In this document: positions 13,464 to 26,684 of the stretch, piece after piece
Layout: the number at the start of each line of letters is the position of its first letter
How positions within the stretch are numbered: position 1 is the first letter of the stretch
Assembly (NCBI GenBank): GCA_004431415.1
Contig: QPMI01000530.1
Span: forward strand, 1-64,000
Length of the DNA stretch: 64,000 nt
Direction: 5' to 3'
Origin: Cyanophora paradoxa CCMP329
Lineage: Eukaryota > Plantae > Glaucophyta
Made by a program: the position numbers and the translations under genes
Notes under the pieces: model-generated
Told to the model about the DNA's origin: nothing
Database searches by the model: none
What the model saw: only the letters and a program-made list of their open reading frames with translations

Positions 13464-14165
13464 GACTCGCGGGCCGAAGCCCCTCGTACCCCTCATGGGC
13501 CGAAGCGGCGAAGCTCGCGAAGCGGCGAAGCTGCGGCGAAGCAGCGGCGGCGAAGCTGGCGCCGACGGCAAAGCCGCGCCACGGCCTCGGCCACGGTTTC
13601 GTCCAAGTCGTTGCGCGGCGCGCAGCATGGCGAAGACGAAGTTAAGGCCTGAAGACGCTGGAGAGATCCACCGGAGCCGACAGCCGACAGCGGAGCCGAC
13701 AGCGCTGATTGCTCTATACACGCCGCGACGTTTACCGCGGCTCGAGAACGAGGGCAGCTTTGTCGACGTGCGCGTTCTCGGGGATTGCCGGCCTTCCCCG
13801 CTACGCGTCACTGAAATGACAGGTGCAACCCCGGCCGGTTGCATCGTTGCTACGTCGCGAGGGATTCGGTGATCCCGTAAGTCGAGCATGTGCCCTTCCT
13901 GTGCGTGACTAGTACAGTGCGTGACTAGCCCGGCCCACGGCCGCGCACGGTTAAGATTGCGTATAGCTATATATAGATATTCAGTAGCATTCCTAGGCTT
14001 TTTTCACGTCAGGAGCCAAAGCCTGAATTAAAATTTAGCATGATGATTACACAAAGAACCGAGGAGCGTCGTTGACGTAGCGAGAGCTCGGTCTCTCGTG
14101 CTCGTTTGTTGTGAGCATTGGATGTCGATGCTTCGTAATATGCACTCGCCAGGGGCCGGAAGGTC

Positions 14166-14917
14166 CTACAAAATCGTTCTGTTTGAGGCAAATCCCGGAG
14201 AAGAAATCAACAAGACATGCCGCAGCATAGCTGGGATTCTGGAAGAGGGATGCCCTGAAAAAAATGTCGCGGCGGGCGCGGCACAATGGAGGAGGGGGAG
14301 GGGCCCGCGAAGCGGTTCGAGAGTACGTTCGAGATCAGCCAATACTGCAGAATCGCTTGTGTACGAATTCCGCATTCGACGTGATGGGCTGAAAAATAGG
14401 CCAACTTGCACCAACGACGCGCTGGCCTTTTGAATAGCCTTGCACTCCTCAACGACTGGAAGACTACCAACACGACGATATGATGTGATTCTATCCGAAT
14501 ACGTCGAAATGACCGCTGCTGCTTGCTGTGCAACTAATTCGTCGGCTTTATCAAACTCTTGAAGTGCAGTTCCGATCTCGTACGTTGGCGTTGACACGTC
14601 GACATTCTGCAATTTTGGAAGTCCGTATGCGATGCGTGTGTGATGTATGCTGAGAGTGAAAGTTTTAACAGCTTTCAGTGCATTGAACACTTTCTTGAGG
14701 ACGAGAGCTTCCAAAAAGCTGACAAGGCGATGCTTGCATCCTGAGAGCCTCAGCTCGAGGTAGGTCAAGGCTCGGATCATTTGCAGGGATTCCAGATTAG
14801 CCGCTGCCGAATTGTGATCCCGTTCTCGATACAACTGCTCATCGTCCATGTTGTTTACGTGTTGGTGGAAGCACCCAGAACAGCGATAGCCTTTAGGGCG
14901 CGGAGTCGCGGAATGCG
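14166..14917 (-). pseudogene. 5'-truncated ORF of unknown function abutting the FN3 array
   Basis: About 250 open codons in lower-GC sequence; it runs directly into the first 689-bp repeat. Confidence 0.35.
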
Positions 14918-17900
14918 TCACCGCCGCGCCCGCCTCGAGCAACAGCGCCAGGCTCTCGTGGAGCCGCCCGCGGGGCGCGCCCTCTGGCCCCGGCTCTCCG
15001 TGCGTTGCATTGCTGGTTTTTCGCGCGGATGGTTAGCGGCGCGAAACTGACGCGGCGCTCCCGCCGCGCGCAGGGCCTCGTACGCCGTCTTCAAGAACGG
15101 CCAGCAGGTCGCGACGGTGCCGGCCGGCGGCGAGACGAGCACCTTCGTGGCGTCCGGCCTGCAGCCAAACGTGCCGGCCGTCTTCTCGGTGGTGCCCCTC
15201 GCGCCGTCGGGCAGCCCGAGCGGCCCGGCCAGCGTGCAGGTGCCGGTGACGCCCTCGAGCGGCCTCGGCGCCGGGAGCCCGGGATCGGGCGCTGGCGCCG
15301 GAAGCCCCGCCGCCCCCTCGAACCTGCAGCTCACCAGCGTCTCGTCCGGCCTCATGGGCGGCACGTCCGCGACCCTCTCGTGGAGCCCGCCGGCCACCGG
15401 CGCACCGCAGAGCTACCAGGTCCTCAAGGACGGCGTCCCCGTCGGCAGCGTCTCGGGCAGCAAGACCTCGACGACCGTCTCGGACCTGCCGCGCGGCGGC
15501 GTCGCGACCCTGAGCGTCGTGCCCGTCGGCCCCGGCGGCGCGGCGGGCCCGGCCTCGGCCCCGCTCGCCGCCGGCATCCCGTCCAACCCGGCCTCGGAGC
15601 TCGTCCTCACCGCCGCGCCCGCCTCGAGCAACAGCGCCAGGCTCTCGTGGAGCCGCCCGCGGGGCGCGCCCTCTGGCCCCGGCTCTCCGTGCGTTGCATT
15701 GCTGGTTTTTCGCGCGGATGGTTAGCGGCGCGAAACTGACGCGGCGCTCCCCTCGCGCGCAGGGCCTCGTACGCCGTCCTCAAGAACGGCCAGCAGGTCG
15801 CGACGGTGCCGGCCGGCGGCGAGACGAGCACCTTCGTGGCGTCCGGCCTGCAGCCGAACGTGCCGGCCGTCTTCTCGGTGGTGCCCCTCGCGCCGTCGGG
15901 CAGCCCGAGCGGCCCGGCCAGCGTGCAGGTGCCGGTGACGCCCTCGAGCGGCCTCGGCGCCGGGAGCCCGGGATCGGGCGCGGGCGCCGGAAGCCCCGCC
16001 GCCCCCTCGAACCTGCAGCTCACCAGCGTCTCGTCCGGCCTCATGGGCGGCACGTCCGCGACCCTCTCGTGGAGCCCGCCGGCCACCGGCGCACCGCAGA
16101 GCTACCAGGTCCTCAAGGACGGCGTCCCCGTCGGCAGCGTCTCGGGCAGCAGGACCTCGACGACCGTCTCGGACCTGCCGCGCGGCGGCGTCGCGACCCT
16201 GAGCGTCGTGCCCGTCGGCCCCGGCGGCGCGGCGGGCCCGGCCTCGGCCCCGCTCGCCGCCGGCATCCCGTCCGACCCGGCCTCGGAGCTCGTCCTCACC
16301 GCCGCGCCCGCCTCGAGCAACAGCGCCAGGCTCTCGTGGAGCCGCCCGCGGGGCGCACCCTCCGGCCCCGGCTCTCCGTGCGTTGCATTGCTGGTTTTTC
16401 GCGCGGATGGTTAGCGGCGCGAAACTGACGCGGCGCTCCCGCCGCGCGCAGGGCCTCGTACGCCGTCCTCAAGAACGGCCAGCAGGTCGCGACGGTGCCG
16501 GCCGGCGGCGAGACGAGCACCTTCGTGGCGTCCGGCCTGCAGCCAAACGTGCCGGCCGTCTTCTCGGTGGTGCCCCTCGCGCCGTCGGGCAGCCCGAGCG
16601 GCCCGGCCAGCGTGCAGGTGCCGGTGACGCCCTCGAGCGGCCTCGGCGCCGGGAGCCCGGGATCAGGCGCTGGCGCCGGAAGCCCCGCCGCCCCCTCGAA
16701 CCTGCAGCTCACCAGCGTCTCGTCCGGCCTCATGGGCGGCACGTCCGCGACCCTCTCGTGGAGCCCGCCGGCCACCAGCGCACCGCAGAGCTACCAGGTC
16801 CTCAAGGACGGCGTCCCCGTCGGCAGCGTCTCGGGCAGCAAGACCTCGACGACCGTCTCGGACCTGCCGCGCGGCGGCGTCGTGACCCTGAGCGTCGTGC
16901 CCGTCGGCCCCGGCGGCGCGGCGGGCCCGGCCTCGGCTCCGCTTGCCGCCGGCATCCCGTCCGACCCGGCCTCGGAGCTCGTCCTCACCGCCGCGCCCGC
17001 CTCGAGCAACAGCGCCAGGCTCTCGTGGAGCCGCCCGCGGGGCGCGCCCTCTGGCCCCGGCTCTCCGTGCGTTGCATTGCTGGTTTTTCGCGCGGATGGT
17101 TAGCGGCGCGAAACTGACGCGGCGCTCCCGCCGCGCGCAGGGCCTCGTACGCCGTCCTCAAGAACGGCCAGCAGGTCGCGACGGTGCCGGCCGGTGGCGA
17201 GACGAGCACCTTCGTGGCGTCCGGCCTGCAGCCGAACGTGCCGGCCGTCTTCTCGGTGGTGCCCCTCGCGCCGTCGGGCAGCCCGAGCGGCCCGGCCAGC
17301 GTGCAGGTGCCGGTGACGCCCTCGAGCGGCCTCGGCGCCGGGAGCCCGGGATCGGGCGCGGGCGCCGGAAGCCCCGCCGCCCCTCGAACCTGCAGCTCAC
17401 CAGCGTCTCGTCCGGCCTCATGGGCGGCACGTCCGCGACCCTCTCGTGGAGCCCGCCGGCTACCGGCACACCGCAGAGCTACCAGGTCCTCAAGGACGGC
17501 GTCCCCGTCGGCAGCGTCTCGGGCAGCAGGACCTCGACGACCGTCTCGGACCTGCCGCGCGGCGGCGTCGCGACCCTGAGCGTCGTGCCCGTCGGCCCCG
17601 GCGGCGCGGCGGGCCCGGCCTCGGCCCCGCTCGCCGCCGGCATCCCGTCCGACCCGGCCTCGGAGCTCGTCCTCACCGCCGCGCCCGCCTCGAGCAACAG
17701 CGCCAGGCTCTCGTGGAGCCGCCCGCGGGCGCGCCCTCTGGCCCCGGCTCTCCGTGCGTTGCATTGCTGGTTTTTCGCGCGGATGGTTAGCGGCGCGAAA
17801 CTGACGCGGCGCTCCCCCCGCGCGCAGGGCCTCGTACGCCGTCCTCAAGAACGGCCAGCAGGTCGCGACGGTGCCGGCCGGTGGCGAGACGAGCACCTTC

Positions 17901-18735
17901 GTGGCGTCCGGCCTGCAGCCGAACGTGCCGGCCGTCTTCTCGGTGGTGCCCCTCGCGCCGTCGGGCAGCCCGAGCGGCCCGGCCAGCGTGCAGGTGCCGG
18001 TGACGCCCTCGAGCGGCCTCGGCGCCGGGAGCCCGGGATCGGGCGCGGGCGCCGGAAGCCCCGCCGCCCCCTCGAACCTGCAGCTCACCAGCGTCTCGTC
18101 CGGCCTCATGGGCGGCACGTCCGCGACCCTCTCGTGGAGCCCGCCGGCTACCGGCGCACCGCAGAGCTACCAGGTCCTCAAGGACGGCGTCCCCGTCGGC
18201 AGCGTCTCGGGCAGCAGGACCTCGACGACCGTCTCGGACCTGCCGCGCGGCGGCGTCGCGACCCTGAGCGTCGTGCCCGTCGGCCCCGGCGGCGCGGCGG
18301 GCCCGGCCTCGGCCCCGCTCGCCGCCGGCATCCCGTCCGACCCGGCCTCGGAGCTCGTCCTCACCGCCGCGCCCGCCTCGAGCAACAGCGCCAGGCTCTC
18401 GTGGAGCCGCCCGCGGGGCGCGCCCTCTGGCCCGGCTCTCCGTGCGTTGCATTGCTGGTTTTTCGCGCGGATGGTTAGCGGCGCGAAACTGACGCGGCGC
18501 TCCCGCCGCGCGCAGGGCCTCGTACGCCGTCCTCAAGAACGGCCAGCAGGTCGCGACGGTGCCGGCCGGTGGCGAGACGAGCACCTTCGTGGCGTCCGGC
18601 CTGCAGCCGAACGTGCCGGCCGTCTTCTCGGTGGTGCCCCTCGCGCCGTCGGGCAGCCCGAGCGGCCCGGCCAGCGTGCAGGTGCCGGTGACGCCCTCGA
18701 GCGGCCTCGGCGCCGGGAGCCCGGGATCGGGCACG
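14918..18735. repeat. near-identical 689-bp tandem repeat, about 5.5 copies
   Basis: Units start TCACCGCCGCGCCCGCCTCGAGCAAC at 14918, 15607, 16296, 16985, 17673 and 18361. Confidence 0.97.
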
Positions 18736-20559
18736 GGCGCTGCAGCTCCGAGCCAGCAGGCACCCTCGAACCTGCAGCTCACTAGCGTTTCGGCGGGCAT
18801 CCTTGGCAATACGAGCGCCACGCTCTCATGGGGTCCGCCGGCGTCTGGCGCGCCAGCAAGCTATCAGGTGCTGCAAGACGGCAAGGTTGTCGCCACGGTG
18901 CCGGGAGGCCAGACGGCCACGAACGTCGGCGGGCTTCCCAGCGACGGTGTGTCCGCGACCACTTTCCAGGTCGTTCCTCTCAACGCGAAGGGCGCCGCGG
19001 GCCCCGCGTCGTTCCCCCTCTCGGCGGGCGCGGCGTCGTCGCTCGACTCCGGCATCAGCCTCACCGCCGCCCCGGCCTCGACTAGCGGCACCAGCGCCAC
19101 GCTCTCGTGGAACTCTCCGTCTGGCCCAGCGGCCGCCAATGTCTCCTCGTGCGCTTGAAATTTCTGATGCTCTTTTTACCAGAATCTCTCTTCCGAAAAG
19201 CTTACTCGTTCTCTCATGCGTGCTGGAGCAGGTTTGCCGTTATGCTCAACGGCCAACAGATTGGGACGGTGCCGGCGACGGGTGCCGCGAACAACTCGTT
19301 TGTGGCAGCGGGCCTGCAGCCCGGCGCCCCCGCCGTCTTCTCGGTGGTGCCGCTCTCGCCGTCGGGCAGCCCGAGTGGCGCTGCCAGCAACTCCATCCCC
19401 CTCTCCGGCTCGAGCTCCTCGCCTTCTTTCGGGTCGGCCTTCAATGGGGATGGCGCCTCGGCGGCTCCGGACGAGCAGGCGCCCTCCAACCTCAGCCTCA
19501 CTTCCTCCCCCACGGCGACGAGCGGCCGCGGGGCTTCCTCCGGGCGGCTCTCGTGGAAGCACCCGTCGGCCGGTCCGCCCGCCATGTACGCCGTTACAAA
19601 GGACGGGCGGGTCATCGGCACCGTTCCGGGGAGCCAGACGTCATTCAACATACCGGCGGAGCCTCCTCGGCCCTCGTCGCCTGGGGCGCCGATGGACGGC
19701 AGCGGCTCGGGGGCGGCGTCCAAGTACGTCGTGGTGCCCATGTCGTCCCAGGGCGCGGCCGGGACGCCGTCGTTCCCCCTCGTCGCTTCCCCGGCGCAGC
19801 CCAAGAACGGCGGCCTCAGCCTAACGGCGGCGCCGATCGTCCCCGACGCATCGGCGGCAGAGCTGACGTGGGACGCCCCCGCAAAGGCCCAGGAGATCAG
19901 CGGGTGCGCGAAATCATACTCTGCATAATTTCGGTAAATAAATTCGCAGCCTCCGATAATCAATTCCCTTGCGCAGTTACGCCATCATGGTGAACGGGCA
20001 GCACGCGGCGGTCGTGCCGCCGTCAGCCAGCGGGAAGAACTTGTACACGGCGACGGGCCTGCCGCCCGGCGCCGTCGTTGAGGTCGTTCCGATGCAGTCC
20101 GCCGCGACGTCACCCGGCTCGCGATCGGCCGCCGGCCCGAAGCCGGCGCCGAGCGGCGCGAGCCTCGCGCTCCCGCTGCTGAGCACAGGGCGCGGCGCGT
20201 CCACCTACTCCGCCACGACCGTCGCTACGGCGTCGGGGGCGCCCAGCACCGGCGCCCCCGCCGACCTCGAGCTCAAGGACCTCGACAGCCCGCCCTTCGG
20301 CAACACGACGGGCACGCTCGCCTGGAAGCACCCGGCGGCCGGGGCCCCCGCCTCGTACACCGTCATGCAGGGCGGGATGCCCGTGGCGACGGTGCCGGGC
20401 ACGCAGACCTCCTGCAAGCTCGAGAACCTGCCGTCCGGACAGGCGGTGTCGCTGCAGGTCATCCCGATGTCCGCGGGCGGCGCCCCGGGGCCCGCGTCGC
20501 ACTCTCTGAACGCCGTCTGCATCCCGTGCATGCTCGCCGCCATGCTCCAGGGGAAATAA
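14918..20559 (+). CDS. fibronectin type III-like repeat protein (5' end missing, 3' end disrupted)
   Basis: Repeated APSNLQLTSV...ATLSWSPP...SYQVLKDG...TS.TVSDLP...LSVVPV..GP.S domains; a 74-nt GTGCGT...CTGAC...GCAG intron per unit (first at 15000-15073) joins 615-nt exons in frame. Confidence 0.75.
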
Positions 20560-21319
20560 ACTTCTATTTCGTGTAGCTTATATTACGTTACGTTTTCGAT
20601 GCGTTAGGAGAGACTTAGCTGCAGATAGTAAAAGGACGTGGACTTGCCGAGATCTTCGAGGCATGACTATAGGTCCGCGAATAGAGATATAGAGACCTCA
20701 GCAAATCAGCCACAATTGAAATCAGCTCAGCATGAAGTAGTCAGCAGAACAATTTATTACGGGAGTCGTTATCGTTTTTCGGCCAACTACCTGTCGCAGT
20801 ACTTGGAAAGTCGAGGTTTCCGCGAATGCTGTGGCAAAGAATAAAGTTGTTTGCACAGTCGAAGCACGTGCACTGTTTGCAGAGAGCTTCGATAGCAGTT
20901 GAGCTGGTACTGCTACTGCAAGCGCTAGCAGATCTACATCATGGCATTTAGCCTAGTAGACGTGGATGCCTTGATATTGTTCGTATACCAGTATACGTAT
21001 CTCCAGTATATAGCGCAGAGATTGCAGAACTTCACTAGTGCTGTAGCCTTGTAGCACCCCTTGGACGCCATATCTAGACTGGACGGTACGTATACGGCAC
21101 CTTCTGTGCACTCTCAGCGGCTGTCCCAAATATAATTGCAAGCACCAACCGCATGAACGAATTCGCACATCGCAGTTAGCAGCAATTGCGGAAGGGTCCG
21201 CAATTGCGGTCCGAACAGAGTTGTTGACCGCAATTGCGGAAGGGTCCGACGGTCACTTGCACATATATAACGACATATCCCATTTCCTGATGACGTTCCG
21301 AACGAAAAGTGGGCGTGAT

Positions 21320-21440
21320 GGCATCGGGGGCGCCCATGGCCAGCCCCGGCGCCCCCGCGGACCTAGGCCTCGAGCTCAAGGACCTGGACAGCCCGCCCTT
21401 CGGCAACTCGACGGGCAAGTCTGCCTCGCTCTCCACCAAA
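21320..21440 (+). pseudogene. detached FN3-repeat remnant
   Basis: CTCGAGCTCAAGGACCTGGACAGCCCGCCCTTCGGCAAC is nearly identical to 20266-20304. Confidence 0.75.
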
Positions 21441-21789
21441 AGTGTCGCCTCGCTGGCCAGCGGAGGCGAGTGTCGCCGAGTTGGATGAGAGGATTCCCAT
21501 CCGGTGCAGCGTCCGTGTGGCCACGCACGGGCTGAGGCAGTAGCTGGGAGCACAATTGATCTGCAGCTATTCACAAGTGCACGTACAGGGATCGCGTACC
21601 CCCAGATGGGGCCGCGCCCGGCGCTAACTCAGAATACAGAGAGTACTAGAGCTAGCTGCTCGATAGCACTAGACTAGGGCTAGCGGCTACGCAATAGACT
21701 ACCGGCTAGCCTAGCCCGAGCGAATCGCGGCATGCGACAACTCCTCACTCTGCGTACGGTGCGTCCTCGCTCGGCGGGGGATAGGGGCG

Positions 21790-22107
21790 AGGGCAGCGAG
21801 GGGTACGGGCGAGGGCAGCGAGGGGAAAGGGCGAGGGCGGCTGGGGCCGTGGGTAAGGACGTGGGCGGCTGGGGCCACGGGTAGGGGCGTGGGCGGCAGG
21901 GGCCACGGGTAGGGGCATGGGCGGCAGGGGCCACGGGTAGGGGCGTGGGCGGCAGGGGCCGCTGGTAGGGGCATGGGCGGCTGGGGCCACGGGTAGGGGC
22001 GAGGGCGGCAGGGGCCACGGGTAGGGGCATGGGCGGCAGGGGCCATGGGTAGGGGCGAGGGTGGCGGGGGCCGCGGGTAGGGGCGTGGGCGGCAGGGGCC
22101 GCGGGTA
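21790..22107. repeat. 28-bp G-rich minisatellite (GGGGCCACGGGTAGGGGCGTGGGCGGCA), about 10 copies
   Basis: Direct inspection. Confidence 0.9.
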
Positions 22108-22241
22108 GTACGGGGGAGGGATGCCCGCCGCGAGCGGGGCCAACGCCGGGCCGGGCATGCCGCCGGCGCCCAGCGGCACGAAGCTCCCGCGAGGACGCGG
22201 GAGCCGTCGAGGAAGGCGGGCGGCGCGAGGCGGACGGGGCC

Positions 22242-22345
22242 GGGCTCGGAAGCACCAGCGGAGCCGAGGCTCGGAAGCACCAGCGGAGCCGAGGCTCGGA
22301 AGCACCAGCGGAGCCGAGGCTCGGAAGCCTCAGCGGAGCCGAGGC
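22242..22345. repeat. 25-bp tandem repeat (GGCTCGGAAGCACCAGCGGAGCCGA) x4
   Basis: Direct inspection; no spacers between copies. Confidence 0.9.
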
Positions 22346-22365
22346 TTGAGAACCGGAGGCAGCGC

Positions 22366-25300
22366 TCACGCGAAGTGTGGGCTACCTGCAGCGCCGCCAG
22401 CGGCGAGGGCGGCGTGGCAGGCCTCCAGCGCGCGGCGGGCCGCCACGACGCGCCGCGAGTCTGGCGGGAAGTACTCGTCGAACGCCGCGTACAGCTGCAC
22501 GGGCGGCCGCGTCGGCCGGCGCAGCAGAGCGGCGGGGCGGGGCGGAGCGGGGCGGGGCGGGCGGCACGCCTGGATGCACTCCTCGTACGCCTCGACGGCC
22601 TCCGCGTGGCGCCCCGAAACGGCAAGCACGTCCCCCAGGGCGAAGTTGAGATGGGCGCTCTGCGGCGTCTTTTGGTACGTCCCCAGCACCTGTACCCCCC
22701 TTGCATAAGCGCGGGAGCAACAGCCAGAGCGCGGGTCGCGCCTTGAAGACGACAGCGAGGAGCTTCAGCATGCGGCAGAGGGTTCCGGGGTCGAGCAGAA
22801 GCCAGAAGTTGCGGCTGGTGTTGAGGTAGTCCGAGGTCGGGGCCGCCCACAGCTCTCGCCGTCGCTGGTCCTCCGCTACTAGAAGCCTCACGTACTTGAA
22901 GCCCTGGCGAGGGGCGCTCAAAGAATGCCTAAGCCTTCGACAGCAGGGATGGCGGGCTTACTGCGATGAAATTGAAGCGATGCACGCTCTGAAATATGCG
23001 GTCGACGATATAGTAGCACATGGCGATCGCGACCTCCAGCTCGGTAGGAAAATCGTCAGCAAACACCGTTTCATCCATCTTGGCGTAGAGGGCTTCCGCC
23101 TGTGCGTGGGCACCGCAGCCGGCGGCGATGTGCGCTGTCGGAGCCGGGGCGGGAAGGTGCGTGAGCGAGGCCGGCGGGGCGGCATGAGCGTCGAGTGCGG
23201 GCTTCGCTGACCCAAGAGGTGCGTTATGACCAGCATCTGGAACACGTCGCGCGGGGACCCAGAGTCCGCAAACCAGTACGCCGTTGCAGCTATCTCTTCG
23301 AGCATCTGAGCGTACTTGGCGCGCCGGGCGGCACTCTCTTCCCCCGCCGCAGCCACAGACACCGTGTCGGACGTAAGAAACTGACTCCTGCGGATTGCAC
23401 GCATCAGAGAAAAGTTCAAGGCGGCAGCACGGCGCGGCAGGCAGGCAGGGGGGTACGCACGCTGCGTTCAGGAAAAGCATGAGCAGCGCCAACACGTCGC
23501 ACTCGACGCGCGAGGGGACCAGCCCGTGCTTCCGCAGGAGGCTCCACCTGCGCCACGCGCCCCCTGGTCGACGCCTGTCGCATGGAAACGGAGGGGGAGG
23601 GGGGGGGGAGGGGAGTGGGGAGTGGGGGGGGGGGGGTGAAGAGAGAGAAAGGGAGGGGAAGGAAGGGAGGTAGGGGAGGAGGGGAGAGGGGAGGGACGGG
23701 GGGTGGGGGGGGGGGGCGAAGAGAGAAGGGGGTGGGGGTGAAGAGAGATAGAGGGGGGGAGGGGGAGGGGGGGGGGCGTACGCCTCGAGAAGCATCTGAA
23801 TCGGAACCTCGTCGAGCGGGTGCCGTACCCCTGCCCTCGAGATCGCACCGGCGACCAGGGCACGTGCCTTGAGCTCCGGGTCCTGTACCCGGCCCAGCGC
23901 CATTCAGTACCCCGAACAACGCCGGCGCGGGGCACGCCGCACCTCGACCCGCTGGGCGCAGTCAAGCATGACCCCAGCAACCGCGTCGACGCTCGGCAGA
24001 TCGAGCAGCCAGAGGTCCATAGCCCCGACGAGCACCTGGCGCGAAGAAGCGGGCCCCGGTCAAGTCTAGGGCAGCGCACGGGAGGCGTGTTCGAGCGCAT
24101 GGGGAAGGAGCGTGCCGTCCCGAACTCGAGGAGGGCGATGCACTGCTCCACCGCTGCGCAGAGCTGTTCCCTGCGCCCCGCCTGTCAAACTGCGCCCCGC
24201 GGGGCGGTGCTGCGCCCGCAATCTCACTGTGTAAGGGCCTCGGGGCGGCTGCGGACAGAACGAGACAATGCGTGAGCGGCGCGGCTGAGCGAGGGCCCGG
24301 CGCGGGGCCAGAGCGGACCAGGAAGCGACGCAGGCGACGAGGGAGGACGCGACGGCGTGCGGGCCGGCGTCCGAGCGCCGCGCGCCCCGCAGCGTCTGCA
24401 GCATGCGGTGCGCCCTGTAGCCCCCGATCCCGTCCTGCACGAGGCCCGTCGCCAGCACGCGCGCGTCGCAGCTGCGCCGGCGGTGAGCTTCACCGCACAT
24501 CGGAGGCACCCGGACCCACGCACAGCGCCTCCTGGAACTGCTCGCAGGCGCCCGGAAGCCCCTTCGCAGCCGCCGCGTGCAGCTGCGCCGGCCCCACATC
24601 GCCCGGCGGCGCCCGGAGAGGGGCCGGGGTCGGGGGGCACCTCGAGCAGCCAGGCCTCGAGCGCCGCCTTCTCATCGGCGGAAAGGAGAGTAGGGAACGC
24701 CGGAGGCGGGGCCGCCGGACGGTCTCCTCCGCCCGGCCCCTCGCACAGAGCGGCCGGCGCCGGTCCCGGAGGCAGGAGGACTCTGCACACGAGAATGGAG
24801 ACCGGATCGCGGGCGGTCCCTGCGCCAGCGGCGGCGGCGGCTAACGCACCGCCCGCGGAGATCGAGAAAAGCGTAGGCGTCGGGGATGAGCCCGATGCGC
24901 GGCCTGCGGGAGCGGCGAGTTCAGCAGAGAGAACGGGGACGGTGCCTCTGAGAGGAGGCGCGCACGGCAGGGCGAGCGGCAGTGCGGCCGGCGAGCCCGG
25001 AACCTCTCCCCGCATCTGCAACGGGGGCGGAAGGACTCTGGGATCGCAGCGGCGGCAGGGGCGAAGCGAGCGCAGGGGCGCGCGCACCGCGGGAGCGCCT
25101 GCGACTTGGAATGGGAGCCCGCCAAGAGTGCGGCTCACGATCCGCTCGAAGGCGCCTGAATAGTCATCCGATAGCTGCGCGAACTCTTCAAGAAGGAGCG
25201 ATCAGGCAAGAATCGGGTGCGCGGGGACGGGCGCGCAGGGCGCGAGTCCGACTGTAAATGAGGCCGGGTCGGAAGAGGCCTGCGTCGGACGGTGGAGATG

Positions 25301-25999
25301 TCGAGTGCGGCTCGGCGGGCAGGGGCGCGGGAGACCAGTCGAGCGCCCGGCGCCGCGCGCTCGTCTCGAACTCCTCCGCGGCGACCGCCACCGCCAGGCG
25401 GGAGAGGTCGGCCCCCAGCGCCTCCACCTCCGCGTCCTCCGGCGCCCCAGCGCCGGCGCCGGCGCCGTCCCGTCGCGGCTGCTGCACACTCCCCCCGAGA
25501 TCCGCCTCCGTCCCCCAGCTCGACGGAGACCGCTTGCGCCGCGGGGGGCGCGTGCTGTACATGTTGTCCGGTGCGGTCGGCGACGGGGCCGGGGACGGGG
25601 ACGGCCAGTTCGCCCCTGGCTCGAAAGCTGCTAATGAAATCTGGGGATTCGCCGGCGCCGGCGCCGGCCAGTTCAACGTGAGTGCAGGAGCGGCGCAGTA
25701 CTCCGCCGGACGGCCCGCGGCCGGCGCCGGCGCGTCAACGGGAGCGGGGCCCGGTTCGTCGTCGTCAGGGTTGGGCCTTCTCGCGTCGCGGGCCCGCACC
25801 AGCAGGTTCAGTCGCCCCGGCCCGATCTCGGCCCACGAGCCGTCCGGGCCGACGAGCCGCATGCGCAGCCAGAAGCGCTGAGGCAGCCGCCGCGCGCGCT
25901 GTTGCGTGCGGCGTCACGGGGGCCGCACGCGGGCGCCTCAAACGCTGGCACGGACCGTGTACGACCGGACGGCAACCGCGAACGGAGAGGATATCCCAT
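22366..25999 (-). CDS. multi-exon helical-repeat (TPR-like) protein
   Basis: C-terminal AHLNFALGDVLAVSGRHAEAVEAYEECIQ is a TPR consensus, with GAHAQAEALYAKM upstream; many short introns; the start at MGYPLRSR is tentative. Confidence 0.55.
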
Positions 26000-26684
26000 C
26001 AGCGTCCAGGGCGCAGCGAATTGATCGCCTGGCAAAGGCCGTCCACTCCTCCTCCCGCAGGCAGCGTCCGCCGATAGTCCGGAGATCGATAAGCACATTC
26101 GGGTTCTCTATAGCAGCCCCGGTAATGGCTTGCCTGCGCAGAGATCATATGCATGCACATATGCATGCCGCGCGCGGCCGCGAATGCGGGGATTACTCAC
26201 ACGAGCTCCAACTCCAGAAGCGCCCCAGGCTTGATCATGAAGACGAAGTCTCGAAGTCTCAGGGAGTGTGCGCGGTTGACTAAGATCGTGCACGCTACGC
26301 TGCCGCGCTCGCCTGGCTCCGGCTCGAAAAAGATTTCTCGCGTGTTGCGCCGCACGGAGAAAAGCTGGACCGGGAACGTGCTCGTTACACCCTCCATCTA
26401 CAACGGCAGAGTCTGAGCTGACGGCAACAAGTGCAAAGCGCCTCGTACGTCTCCCAGAACTCCCAGACCAAACCGGAGCTGATTCGGTAGCGACTCGGAA
26501 CTACAGCTTCAGCTAGCTACAGCTTCGGGGAGCGACTCGGAGGGCCGTCGATATCGGCGCCATCGGCCCATCGGGCCATCGCAAGCGGAGGGGTACATGC
26601 GTCCGAAACTTAAGTCGCAAGTCTGGAAAGAGCGCACCGGTACCAGATCAAGAGTCCCCAAGCTCGAGGCGAGGCGAGTGGGGA

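Noticed and set aside
13905-13955. Helitron 3' end (hairpin + CTAG), also considered near 10020 and 38590
   Set aside because: The hairpins are weak, CTAG is common locally and no Rep/helicase is present.
21790-22345. 25- and 28-bp repeats as a CRISPR array
   Set aside because: Head-to-tail repeats with no unique spacers, no cas genes and a eukaryotic context.
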